Shown: one piece after another, positions 44,506-51,535 of the stretch | Position numbering within the stretch: the stretch's first letter is position 1 | How the letters are laid out: each line of letters starts with the position of its first letter | From: Candidatus Micrarchaeota archaeon | GTDB lineage: Archaea; Micrarchaeota; Micrarchaeia; Norongarragalinales; UBA8480 | Length of the DNA: 51,535 bases | Direction of reading: 5' to 3' | NCBI GenBank assembly: GCA_964514805.1 | Contig: CAZERP010000001.1 | Coordinates: forward strand, 5,967-57,501 | Notes under the pieces: generated by a model | Told to the model about the DNA's origin: nothing | Database searches by the model: none | What the model saw: the letters and a program-made list of their open reading frames with translations, nothing else | Made by a program: the position numbers and the translations under genes

Positions 44506-45213
44506 TTACACTTCTTTTATTTGATGAAAAAGTGGAACTTCAATTACAAGTACTTTGGATTCTTTTGTTGATTTGAATTGGAATTCCTTTGTGTTACTTA
44601 TTTGTACAGCGTCGCTTTTTTGTAGTTTTTGCTTTTCGAATTCTATTTCTCCATTTATTACAAATATATAGGCGCCGTTTTGTTCTTTTAACTCGTATTT
44701 TTGCAAGTCGCCTTTTTGCATTACGCAAATTGAAAGTTTAGCATCTTGATTGATTTGTAACGTGCTGCTGCCGTTTACGATTTCGTTGAGTCCTTTTTTA
44801 AAAGTGAATTTCTTTTGATCGTAGCGAGGTTTGATGTTTTGTTTTGCAGTGTGAATCCAAATTTGAAGTAAATGAACCGACGTAGTTTTGGACGGGTTTT
44901 TTTCCGAGTGCCTAACTCCACTACCTGCACTCATAACCTGCACTTCGTTTTCATGTATAACCCCGTGACCGCCTGTACTGTCTTTGTGCTCTAATTCTCC
45001 GCTTAGCACGATAGTCACGATTTCCATATTATCATGCGAATGAGTATCAAAACCACTACTTGGAGCTACGATGTCTTCGTTTAGTACTCTTAGCGCGCCA
45101 AACCCCATTCTATTTTTATCATAATAGTCTGCAAAAGAAAAAGAATAACGAGTAGAAAGCCAATCTAATTCAGCTACTCCTCTGGTATTTGCTCGAATAA
45201 TTTCAAAGTTCAT
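44506..45213 (-). CDS. pirin family protein
   Basis: Motifs GFDTHSHDNMEIVTIVLSGELEHKDS and GSGVRHSE (cupin metal site). Confidence 0.9.
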   Translation of the reverse strand: MNFEIIRANTRGVAELDWLSTRYSFSFADYYDKNRMGFGALRVLNEDIVAPSSGFDTHSHDNMEIVTIVLSGELEHKDSTGGHGVIHENEVQVMSAGSGVRHSEKNPSKTTSVHLLQIWIHTAKQNIKPRYDQKKFTFKKGLNEIVNGSSTLQINQDAKLSICVMQKGDLQKYELKEQNGAYIFVINGEIEFEKQKLQKSDAVQISNTKEFQFKSTKESKVLVIEVPLFHQIKEV

Positions 45214-45247
45214 AAATAGAATTAAACCAGATTAAAAGTTTAAAGAG

Positions 45248-45318
45248 TGCGTTTGCCGGGAATCGAACCCGGAGCTCAACCTTGGGAAGGTCGTACGTTA
45301 CCACTACACCACAAACGC
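45248..45318 (-). tRNA. tRNA-Gly (anticodon CCC)
   Basis: The reverse complement GCGTTTGTGGTGTAGTGGTAACGTACGACCTTCCCAAGGTTGAGCTCCGGGTTCGATTCCCGGCAAACGCA folds as a cloverleaf. It has a perfect 7-bp acceptor stem, a 5-bp T stem with a TTCGATT loop, an anticodon loop TTCCCAA and discriminator A73. No CCA is encoded. Confidence 0.9.
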
Positions 45319-45333
45319 TTTTATTCGTAGTGT

Positions 45334-45350
45334 AAAAAGAAAAAAGAGAG
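45334..45350 (-). terminator. pyrimidine-tract terminator candidate after glyA
   Basis: The minus strand reads ctctcttttttcttttt between glyA and tRNA-Gly. Confidence 0.3.
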
Positions 45351-45358
45351 TTTTAAAA

Positions 45359-46660
45359 TCAATATTCTAGTTCCGGATATAGCGGGAATTGTTTGGTTAG
45401 CTGCAGGACTTCGTCCTTTGTTTTTGCTGCGAGTTCGTCGGTTGGGTTGTTTAAGAGTTTAGCTATCATTTCTGCGATTTGTTGCATTTCTTTTTCTTTC
45501 ATTCCCCTAGTTGTAAGCGCGGGAGTACCTAGACGTAGTCCGGATGGTTTGAGCGGCGGCGCTGTGTCATACGGCACAGAGTTCATATTGGCGAAAATGC
45601 CTGCTTTTTCTAGTATTAAAGAAGCTTCTTTGCCTGCCGCGACTTTAGTTCCCCTACAGTCGATTATCATCAAATGAGTATCCGTGCCGCCCGTTACTAA
45701 CCTAAGCCCGTTATTCATTAGTGTTTGCGCTAGTGCTTTGGCGTTTTTTGCAATTTGCTTTTGGTAAACTAGAAAGTCTGGTTGCATTGCTTCTTTGAAG
45801 GCTATTGCTTTAGCAGCGATTACGTGCTCTAGTGGTCCTCCTTGAGTTCCTGGAAAAACTGCCCAATCGACAATACGCGCTAAGTCTCTTTTTTCATCTG
45901 GGCGATATTTTTCTTTTAATCTATCCTCTTTTTTTGAAAGTATAATAGCACTTCTAGGTCCTCTGAGTGTTTTAGTCGTAGTAGTCATTACTATGTCATG
46001 GCTAGGTACTGGATTTTGGTGCACACCGGCAAGACAAAGTCCTACTATGTGTGATATGTCTGCCATTGCGTACGCGCCGACGTCTTTTGCAATCTCGCTA
46101 AATTCCTTAAAATCTAAAGAGCGTGGATATGCAGTAGTTCCAGAGAGTAGTACTTTGGGTTTTTCTGCTTCGGCTAGTTTTCTTACTTTATCCATGTCTA
46201 TTGTTTCAGTGTCTTGGTCTACCCCATAATTAACGAAGTTATACGTGCGGCCTGAAAAGTTAACTGGATTACCGTGAGTTAAGTGACCACCATGCGCAAG
46301 GTGGAATCCTAGTATTTTATCGCCCGGTTTAGCTATTGACATGTAGCATGCCATATTCGCTCCACTTCCAGAGTGTGGTTGTACGTTTGCGTGTTCTGCT
46401 TGAAAGAGCGTTTTAGCTCTTTCTATTGCGATAGTTTCTATTGGGTCTATGAATTCATGTCCTGAGTAGTAACGTTTTCCTGGGTATCCTTCGGCATACT
46501 TCATGTTAAGTACGGTTCCAAGTGCTTGCATTACCGCTATTGATGGATAGTTTTCGCTTGGAATCATAGCTAGGCCGTCTTGTTGTCTTGCAAGTTCTCC
46601 TTTCATTAGAGTTGCAATTTCTGAGTCAAATTTTTGAACCGCGTCAATAGAACTACTCAT
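45359..46660 (-). CDS. glyA: serine hydroxymethyltransferase
   Basis: Motifs PSENY, YAEGYPGKRYY, VQPHSGSGAN and TTTTKTLRGPR (PLP lysine). ATG 46660 has AAGGTG 14 nt upstream; ORF-track 46687 is a TTG. Confidence 0.95.
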   Translation of the reverse strand: MSSSIDAVQKFDSEIATLMKGELARQQDGLAMIPSENYPSIAVMQALGTVLNMKYAEGYPGKRYYSGHEFIDPIETIAIERAKTLFQAEHANVQPHSGSGANMACYMSIAKPGDKILGFHLAHGGHLTHGNPVNFSGRTYNFVNYGVDQDTETIDMDKVRKLAEAEKPKVLLSGTTAYPRSLDFKEFSEIAKDVGAYAMADISHIVGLCLAGVHQNPVPSHDIVMTTTTKTLRGPRSAIILSKKEDRLKEKYRPDEKRDLARIVDWAVFPGTQGGPLEHVIAAKAIAFKEAMQPDFLVYQKQIAKNAKALAQTLMNNGLRLVTGGTDTHLMIIDCRGTKVAAGKEASLILEKAGIFANMNSVPYDTAPPLKPSGLRLGTPALTTRGMKEKEMQQIAEMIAKLLNNPTDELAAKTKDEVLQLTKQFPLYPELEY

Positions 46661-46750
46661 TTTTTTAGAATAACACCTTTTTTTCAAATTACTAACGAAG
46701 GAAAAATAGTTAAAACAATGTTACTCGCATGTAACAACTGCATGAATTTG

Positions 46751-46779
46751 TTTAAATTTACTAGCTACGTTTACGTAGT
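46751..46779 (+). promoter_or_regulatory. TATA-like box plus palindrome abutting the start codon of the 46780 operon
   Basis: tttaaattta (46751-46760) lies about 25 nt upstream of the ATG, suggesting a leaderless or near-leaderless transcript. The palindrome ctacgt-tt-acgtag (46765-46778) sits between the box and the ATG. Confidence 0.3.
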
Positions 46780-47520
46780 ATGCCTAAAAAGACGCCGTTC
46801 GTAGTACTGGACTTATTGTGTGGAGCTATGCCTGTACTCGATGGACTAGCACATAGAAACGTTTTTGGGCCTGAAAAGAAACTTCACTTAGTTTATCATG
46901 GAGTCGATGAAGATAAACCCGGATACGAAAAACACGTATCCGAAAGGTTAGCTAGGCTTGAAAAACACGCATCATTAGGCGAAATTAACTTTCATAGGGA
47001 AAGAGTTCACTTCTGGCAGCCTGAAATCTTTGAAGGTCAACTAGATCGCGTGCTAAATGGCGAAAAAGCAAACGAAATTTGGACCGTAATGCACAATTCA
47101 ACCCAATACTATAAAGGTAGTTCTACTCTTGAAAAACTCGCTGGTAAACTAAAAAAAGGCGGCAGGTTATACGTAATTGAAGAAAATCACGATAACCCAG
47201 ATAGCATTCTAGGCACCGCGCTTCTAAGTTTATACTCACCAAAAGGTAGACAACATGGAATTGACTACCCAGAAAGAGTAATTGATGAAAACACTGCCCG
47301 TGAAATTCACGCGACTATGTCGAAGTACATTCAAGAACACGCCGCTAGATTTGGTTTAGAGTTAGAACACTATGGTACTAGAATGAACGAAAATGAATGG
47401 TACTACGCGCCCGGAAAACCATACGCACAGAAATATCAAGGCGATTTAAACGAGAGAATAAAAATGCACACGCGATTTCCCCAATACGCGGCGCATTACA
47501 TTGTTTTAAAAAAGAAGTGA
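46780..47520 (+). CDS. divergent Rossmann-fold methyltransferase-like protein, paralog A
   Basis: PFVVLDLLCG (motif I-like, GxG degraded), YHGVDED, EIWTVMH and LKKGGRLYVIE. It shares these blocks with the next gene. Confidence 0.5.
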   Translation: MPKKTPFVVLDLLCGAMPVLDGLAHRNVFGPEKKLHLVYHGVDEDKPGYEKHVSERLARLEKHASLGEINFHRERVHFWQPEIFEGQLDRVLNGEKANEIWTVMHNSTQYYKGSSTLEKLAGKLKKGGRLYVIEENHDNPDSILGTALLSLYSPKGRQHGIDYPERVIDENTAREIHATMSKYIQEHAARFGLELEHYGTRMNENEWYYAPGKPYAQKYQGDLNERIKMHTRFPQYAAHYIVLKKK

Positions 47521-47527
47521 AACCAAC

Positions 47528-48211
47528 ATGACTGAAAAGAAACCGTTTGTAGTTTTAGACCTTCTTTGCGGAGATGGACAAGTAGCGCACGCAGTCAAAG
47601 ACAGAATAAAAGACCGCCCGCTAAAGTACATCGGCATAGATGATAAAAGATACCGCGTATTTGGAAAAAAATTCCCGTGGCCAAGCGGACCTGAATTCAT
47701 ATTTCACGCAAGTACAATTGATTTTAAAACGGAAGAAAAACTAAAAGCTAAACTAGACGAACTACTACAAGGCGAAAAAGCAGACGAAATTTACCTAAAC
47801 ATGCCAGACATTGACGTAAATGTAACTCCCCCACACGTACTTAAGTTAATTCACGCGGCGCTAAAACCCGGCGGGAGATTTTACCATATGGTTGACTCTG
47901 ATTGTCAAAGCGCGTACGGACAACTACGTGATTTACACCCGCCATTCGGAGACAAACCCGGACAAATTTTTGAAGTGAACAAACAAATAATAAGAGCCCG
48001 CGCAGAACCACTTGGCTTTAAACTTGACAAATATGGAGTCAAAAGTTACTCTAACAAAACAGGAAACGAATACTGGTACACCGGACCAAATAGAAATAAA
48101 ACAGCGAAAAGAAAAACAGATGAAGTAGTAGAAAAACACACTGGCTACCCATTAATTGGATTTGAAGGGCCATACTTAATGCACTTTATAATAGCAAAAA
48201 AAGTTGAATGA
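47528..48211 (+). CDS. divergent Rossmann-fold methyltransferase-like protein, paralog B
   Basis: PFVVLDLLCGDGQ, YIGIDDK, EIYLNMPD and LKPGGRFYHMV. It begins 7 nt after paralog A. Confidence 0.5.
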   Translation: MTEKKPFVVLDLLCGDGQVAHAVKDRIKDRPLKYIGIDDKRYRVFGKKFPWPSGPEFIFHASTIDFKTEEKLKAKLDELLQGEKADEIYLNMPDIDVNVTPPHVLKLIHAALKPGGRFYHMVDSDCQSAYGQLRDLHPPFGDKPGQIFEVNKQIIRARAEPLGFKLDKYGVKSYSNKTGNEYWYTGPNRNKTAKRKTDEVVEKHTGYPLIGFEGPYLMHFIIAKKVE

Positions 48212-48215
48212 AAAT

Positions 48216-48716
48216 ATGAAGCGTAAAATTATTGTTAATGATTCTTTCCAGAAAGACTACGTTTACTATTTAACTGAAATGCCAGGTAAGAATTTTGACC
48301 CTGAGTTTAAACCTGAATTAACTCCGCGAGAAATGCTTGAACTAGGTGTATTTGACGGTAAATACCTAAACGAATGCACGGGCGAGTTTCCAAAGGAGTG
48401 GTTTAAACGCGCAAAACTAAGCGAAGAACCAAACCCCTCGCTAAATTATTTTAAAGTACACGCATCCAAACCATTACAATACTGGCTAGATAAACTTTGG
48501 ATTCACCCACAAGACCCGAGAGGCTGGTTCCAATGGTACGCTCGTTACTACATGGGCCGAAGAAGTGAAGATGACGCGCGTCAAATCAAAAGATGGAAGG
48601 CAATGAAAAGACACATCGCGCAACTTCAAAAACACTGCCCCGCCGGCGCGCTAATGTGCAGACCCGTACAAAGACAAGCGCTTTTGCACTGGGCGTATGA
48701 CTCGAGAAAAATGTGA
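48216..48716 (+). CDS. conserved hypothetical protein (DPRGWFQWY...GRR..DD..QIKRW motif)
   Basis: About 166 aa. FDGKYLNECTGEFPKEWF and DPRGWFQWYARYYMGRRSEDDARQIKRWKA look like a conserved family that I cannot name. ATG 48216 is preferred over TTG 48204. Confidence 0.6.
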   Translation: MKRKIIVNDSFQKDYVYYLTEMPGKNFDPEFKPELTPREMLELGVFDGKYLNECTGEFPKEWFKRAKLSEEPNPSLNYFKVHASKPLQYWLDKLWIHPQDPRGWFQWYARYYMGRRSEDDARQIKRWKAMKRHIAQLQKHCPAGALMCRPVQRQALLHWAYDSRKM

Positions 48717-48722
48717 ATTATT

Positions 48723-49184
48723 ATGAAGTTAATGACCCTTTGTTATTTGAAAAAAGACGGTAAGACTTTGATGCTTAATGTCACTAAGAAGGATTCCATT
48801 TCTACGGGTTTTTGGAACGGTTTGGGCGGCAAGTTTGAAGAAGGTGAAACACCAGAAGAATGCGTCGCGCGTGAAGTTTTAGAAGAAAGCAACCTTACGA
48901 TTAAAGATCCTGTTTTGAAAGGTCGGATAACTTTTACAGACATAGAAAAAGGTAGCAAAAATAACGGCCACGTATACGTGTTTGTCGCAACCCAATTTAC
49001 GGGCACGATTGAGAACTCTACGGAAGGTATTTTAGAATGGATCGACGACTCAAAACTAAATACATTAAAGAGACATCAAGCCGATGCTGTTTTTAGCAAA
49101 TGGCTTTCCGGAGATAAATTCTTCTCTGCTAAGTTCACATACCAAGGAGAAAAACTAATCAACCACAAAGTAAACTTCTACTGA
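48723..49184 (+). CDS. NUDIX hydrolase (MutT-like)
   Basis: Nudix box GGKFEEGETPEECVAREVLEESNL. Confidence 0.9.
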   Translation: MKLMTLCYLKKDGKTLMLNVTKKDSISTGFWNGLGGKFEEGETPEECVAREVLEESNLTIKDPVLKGRITFTDIEKGSKNNGHVYVFVATQFTGTIENSTEGILEWIDDSKLNTLKRHQADAVFSKWLSGDKFFSAKFTYQGEKLINHKVNFY

Positions 49185-50005
49185 GTAAATTTTAATCTTT
49201 CGACTAAATTTTTAGGTAGCGGAATTTGTTTACCTCTAAAGAATAATGTAACTCCTCGTTTGTTTATTCTAAAAGTTAAATGCTCAAGCATTCCAAAACT
49301 TTGATCTAATTCTGCCGTTATTCTATTTTTAGTATTATACTGCCTACTACCAGTAGTATTTACTATTCCTATTCCCCCGAAATAAGTTGTTTGACCCTCT
49401 TGTCTTTTTCCGGGAATTGGAAGCGTATCTTTAGACATTACACCGTCAGAGGGCATAGAATAACGTACATCTGAATTTATCTTAGTTAGTTCGTGCAACA
49501 AGGGTGAAATAATTTCCGCATGCGATACTAGTACTAAATGCCTAGACTTACGGGAATTACCTCCCGCGCCGTATTGATCAAATGCATCTTTTATCTCTTG
49601 AGGAAGTATAAAACCATCGTGTACATTACCTCTGCTACTTGGTTGACGAGGAATGTTTAAGTTTGGAGTAATTTTAATGCGACGTGATTGTAATTTTTCA
49701 ACAACACCTTCAGGTACATCTTGCGCTAAATACGCATCATCTAAATCTTCAAAGTGTGGTTTTTCTTTCGTATTAGAAACTAAATGAGTAGATAAACCAT
49801 AAGCTGTTTGCATAGCTCTTGGGTTAGGCGAAGTTAGAAATTCAAATTCACTACCCGGATATTTACGCTTCAAAGCAAGCCCTTTACGCCTAGCACCATC
49901 AAACTCTTCCTCAGTTAAATGAATACCACCCATGTGTGGCATTCGAGTCTCCGCTCGATTATGCGGGGAGTGTCGAACTAAAGTAACGTAAAGAGTTTTT
50001 GCCAT
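49178..50005 (-). CDS. histidine-phosphatase-superfamily (PGAM/SixA-like) protein with C-terminal extension
   Basis: Motifs LVRHSPHN (RH), TSPNPRAMQTA and LVLVSHAEII. About 90 extra C-terminal residues. Confidence 0.65.
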   Translation of the reverse strand: MAKTLYVTLVRHSPHNRAETRMPHMGGIHLTEEEFDGARRKGLALKRKYPGSEFEFLTSPNPRAMQTAYGLSTHLVSNTKEKPHFEDLDDAYLAQDVPEGVVEKLQSRRIKITPNLNIPRQPSSRGNVHDGFILPQEIKDAFDQYGAGGNSRKSRHLVLVSHAEIISPLLHELTKINSDVRYSMPSDGVMSKDTLPIPGKRQEGQTTYFGGIGIVNTTGSRQYNTKNRITAELDQSFGMLEHLTFRINKRGVTLFFRGKQIPLPKNLVERLKFTQ

Positions 50006-50041
50006 AATATATTTACTTTAACTAAAAAGGATTTAGAGTTT

Positions 50042-51535
50042 TTATCCTTTTACTACTCCGATTGGTGTTAGTCTGCATACTGGTTTGGATATGCCGGATT
50101 GGCGTACGCTTTCGATTACTTGGTCTACGTCTTTGTATGCGGCGCCTGCTTCTTCTGCGATGCTTTTCATGTTTGGCGCTCTTATTCCAATGCCGTGTTT
50201 TGCCATATCCGCTACTAAGTCTTCGCCTTTGAAAGTACGAATAGCTTCAGCCCGTGACATTACTCTGCCCGCTCCGTGGTTACTTGAACCCATGGATATT
50301 TTTCCACTAGGCGTTCCGACAAGCATATACGAGGCAGTTGACATTGAACCTGGAATTACTACTGGTTGTCCAACTTTACGATAAGCCTTGGGCACTTCTT
50401 TGCGACCAGCCCAAAGCGCTCTTGTAGCGCCCTTACGGTGCACGCATAGGCTTTGCATTTTGCCGTCAACTTCGTGATCTTCAAACTTAGCGATATTATG
50501 GCACACGTCATAAACCGTTTTCACGTTTAAGTCACTTTCCCATTCGCGTTTGAAAACTTCAGTAAGCGTCTCGCGAGTCCACTGCGCCATAATGTGGCGA
50601 TTACTAAATGCGAAGTTAATCGCGCAATTCATAGCCGCGAAATAATTGTCTGCTTCTTTGGTTCCAAGCGGTGCACACACTAAATTACGGTCAGGGAGTT
50701 CGATTTTGTATTTTTTAACCGCATCTACGAATTCGCGAACGTAGTCACTACAAATTTGATGACCAAAACCCCTTGAGCCAGAGTGTATCATTATGGTAAC
50801 TTGTCCTTTCTTAGTTATTCCAAACGCTTTAGCTGTTTCTTTGTCGTATATTTCGTCGACTTTTTGAAGTTCTAAAAAGTGATTACCGCTTCCAAGAGTT
50901 CCAAATTGAGGGCCCCCTCTCTTGCGTGCCATTTCTGAAACTTTACTTAAATCCGCGCCATCCATGTGCGCGTTTTCTTCACAGTGTTCCATATCTTCTT
51001 TGAGGCCAAGACCTTGATCTATGAAGTATTTTGGACCTTGTGTGACTGCGTCTTCAAATTCTTGATCTTTTAAGCGAATACGTCCTTTGCTTCCAACCCC
51101 GCAGGGTACGTTTTTGTAAAGTGCGTTTAAAAGATCTTTAATTTTAGGTTTAACTTCATCGTAAGTAAGATCAGTTCGAAGCATACGAACTCCGCAATTA
51201 ATATCGTAACCTACTCCACCTGGGCTTACAATCCCGTCATTTTCAGGATCAAAAGCAGCTACTCCACCAATTGGAAAACCATATCCTTCATGACCATCTG
51301 GCATTACCATTGACGCGCCTACAATTCCAGGAAGACAAGCTACGTTTCGTGCTTGTTTTAATGTACGGTCATTTTTCATCTGGTTAAGCATAGCTTTTGT
51401 AGCAAAGACTCTTACCGGAACGTTCATCTTGCCGCTTTTGGGTAATTCCCAGACTGCATTTTCTACTTCAGTAAAATCTAAACTCTCATCAAAAGTAAAC
51501 TCAGATTCAATATTTTCCTTAATATCCTCAACCAT
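50042..51535 (-). CDS. rtcB: RNA-splicing ligase RtcB
   Basis: Motifs GYDINCGVR, GSGNHFLE, HSGSRGFGHQ, CHNIA and SNHGAGR. The ATG is exactly at the window edge, so the true start cannot be confirmed. Confidence 0.93.
   Translation of the reverse strand: MVEDIKENIESEFTFDESLDFTEVENAVWELPKSGKMNVPVRVFATKAMLNQMKNDRTLKQARNVACLPGIVGASMVMPDGHEGYGFPIGGVAAFDPENDGIVSPGGVGYDINCGVRMLRTDLTYDEVKPKIKDLLNALYKNVPCGVGSKGRIRLKDQEFEDAVTQGPKYFIDQGLGLKEDMEHCEENAHMDGADLSKVSEMARKRGGPQFGTLGSGNHFLELQKVDEIYDKETAKAFGITKKGQVTIMIHSGSRGFGHQICSDYVREFVDAVKKYKIELPDRNLVCAPLGTKEADNYFAAMNCAINFAFSNRHIMAQWTRETLTEVFKREWESDLNVKTVYDVCHNIAKFEDHEVDGKMQSLCVHRKGATRALWAGRKEVPKAYRKVGQPVVIPGSMSTASYMLVGTPSGKISMGSSNHGAGRVMSRAEAIRTFKGEDLVADMAKHGIGIRAPNMKSIAEEAGAAYKDVDQVIESVRQSGISKPVCRLTPIGVVKG

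Noticed and set aside
7393-45318. Glycosylation island as a tRNA-Gly-targeted integrative element
   Set aside because: No integrase, recombinase or transposase gene is present. I found no direct repeat of the tRNA 3-prime half at the other island border. The tRNA is also separated from the island by pirin and C39-like genes.
1-51535. CRISPR arrays, IS elements, rRNA genes, prophage or known defence-system genes
   Set aside because: I looked for tandem direct repeats with spacers, transposase- or integrase-like ORFs, and non-coding gaps long enough for such features. The largest non-coding gap is 200 bp and none of these features is present.

Overview
AT-rich, very gene-dense fragment: about 55 protein genes, one tRNA, and no recognisable mobile element, rRNA or CRISPR array. 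It looks archaeal. Evidence: a 939-aa STT3/AglB oligosaccharyltransferase with WWDYG, a Dol-P GlcNAc-1-P-transferase-like GT, RtcB, an archaeal/eukaryal-type tRNA-Gly (A73 discriminator, no encoded CCA), pyrimidine-tract terminators and GGTG-type ribosome-binding sites. A small-genome uncultured (DPANN-like) host is only an inference. The left flank (1-7.3 kb) holds a wHTH plus unknown gene pair, a CPA2 cation/proton antiporter, a His-rich mini-protein coupled to dcd, a GIDE-LemA pair, DUF1428, a VOC protein and AsnRS. The core (7.4-43.9 kb) is a ~36-kb surface-glycan / N-glycosylation island. It contains an AglH-like initiating transferase, a Wzx flippase (no canonical start codon), three GT4, one GT2 and two GT-C enzymes (ArnT/AglS-like and AglB). 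It also contains three SAM methyltransferases, three CE4-type deacetylases, a WbpB/WbpE/WbpD-like diacetamido-uronic-acid branch, WecB, GalE-like and GalU genes. Further members are a LicC-like cytidylyltransferase plus CDP-alcohol phosphotransferase, AsnB-like, ATP-grasp and FemAB-like amide-forming enzymes, and a PHP phosphoesterase. The most unusual part is an embedded six-gene sulfate module. It comprises CysD, CysN, two alkaline-phosphatase-superfamily paralogs, a TauE/TSUP permease and a 66-aa RHH-like protein that carries the CysD C-terminal tail. No APS kinase, APS/PAPS reductase or classical sulfotransferase is visible in the window. The right flank (44-51.5 kb) holds a C39-like peptidase, pirin, tRNA-Gly(CCC), GlyA and a tight operon of two divergent methyltransferase-like paralogs, a conserved unknown protein and a Nudix hydrolase. 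This operon converges on a histidine-phosphatase-fold gene and rtcB. All functional calls come from motif recognition in the supplied translations; no database search was run.
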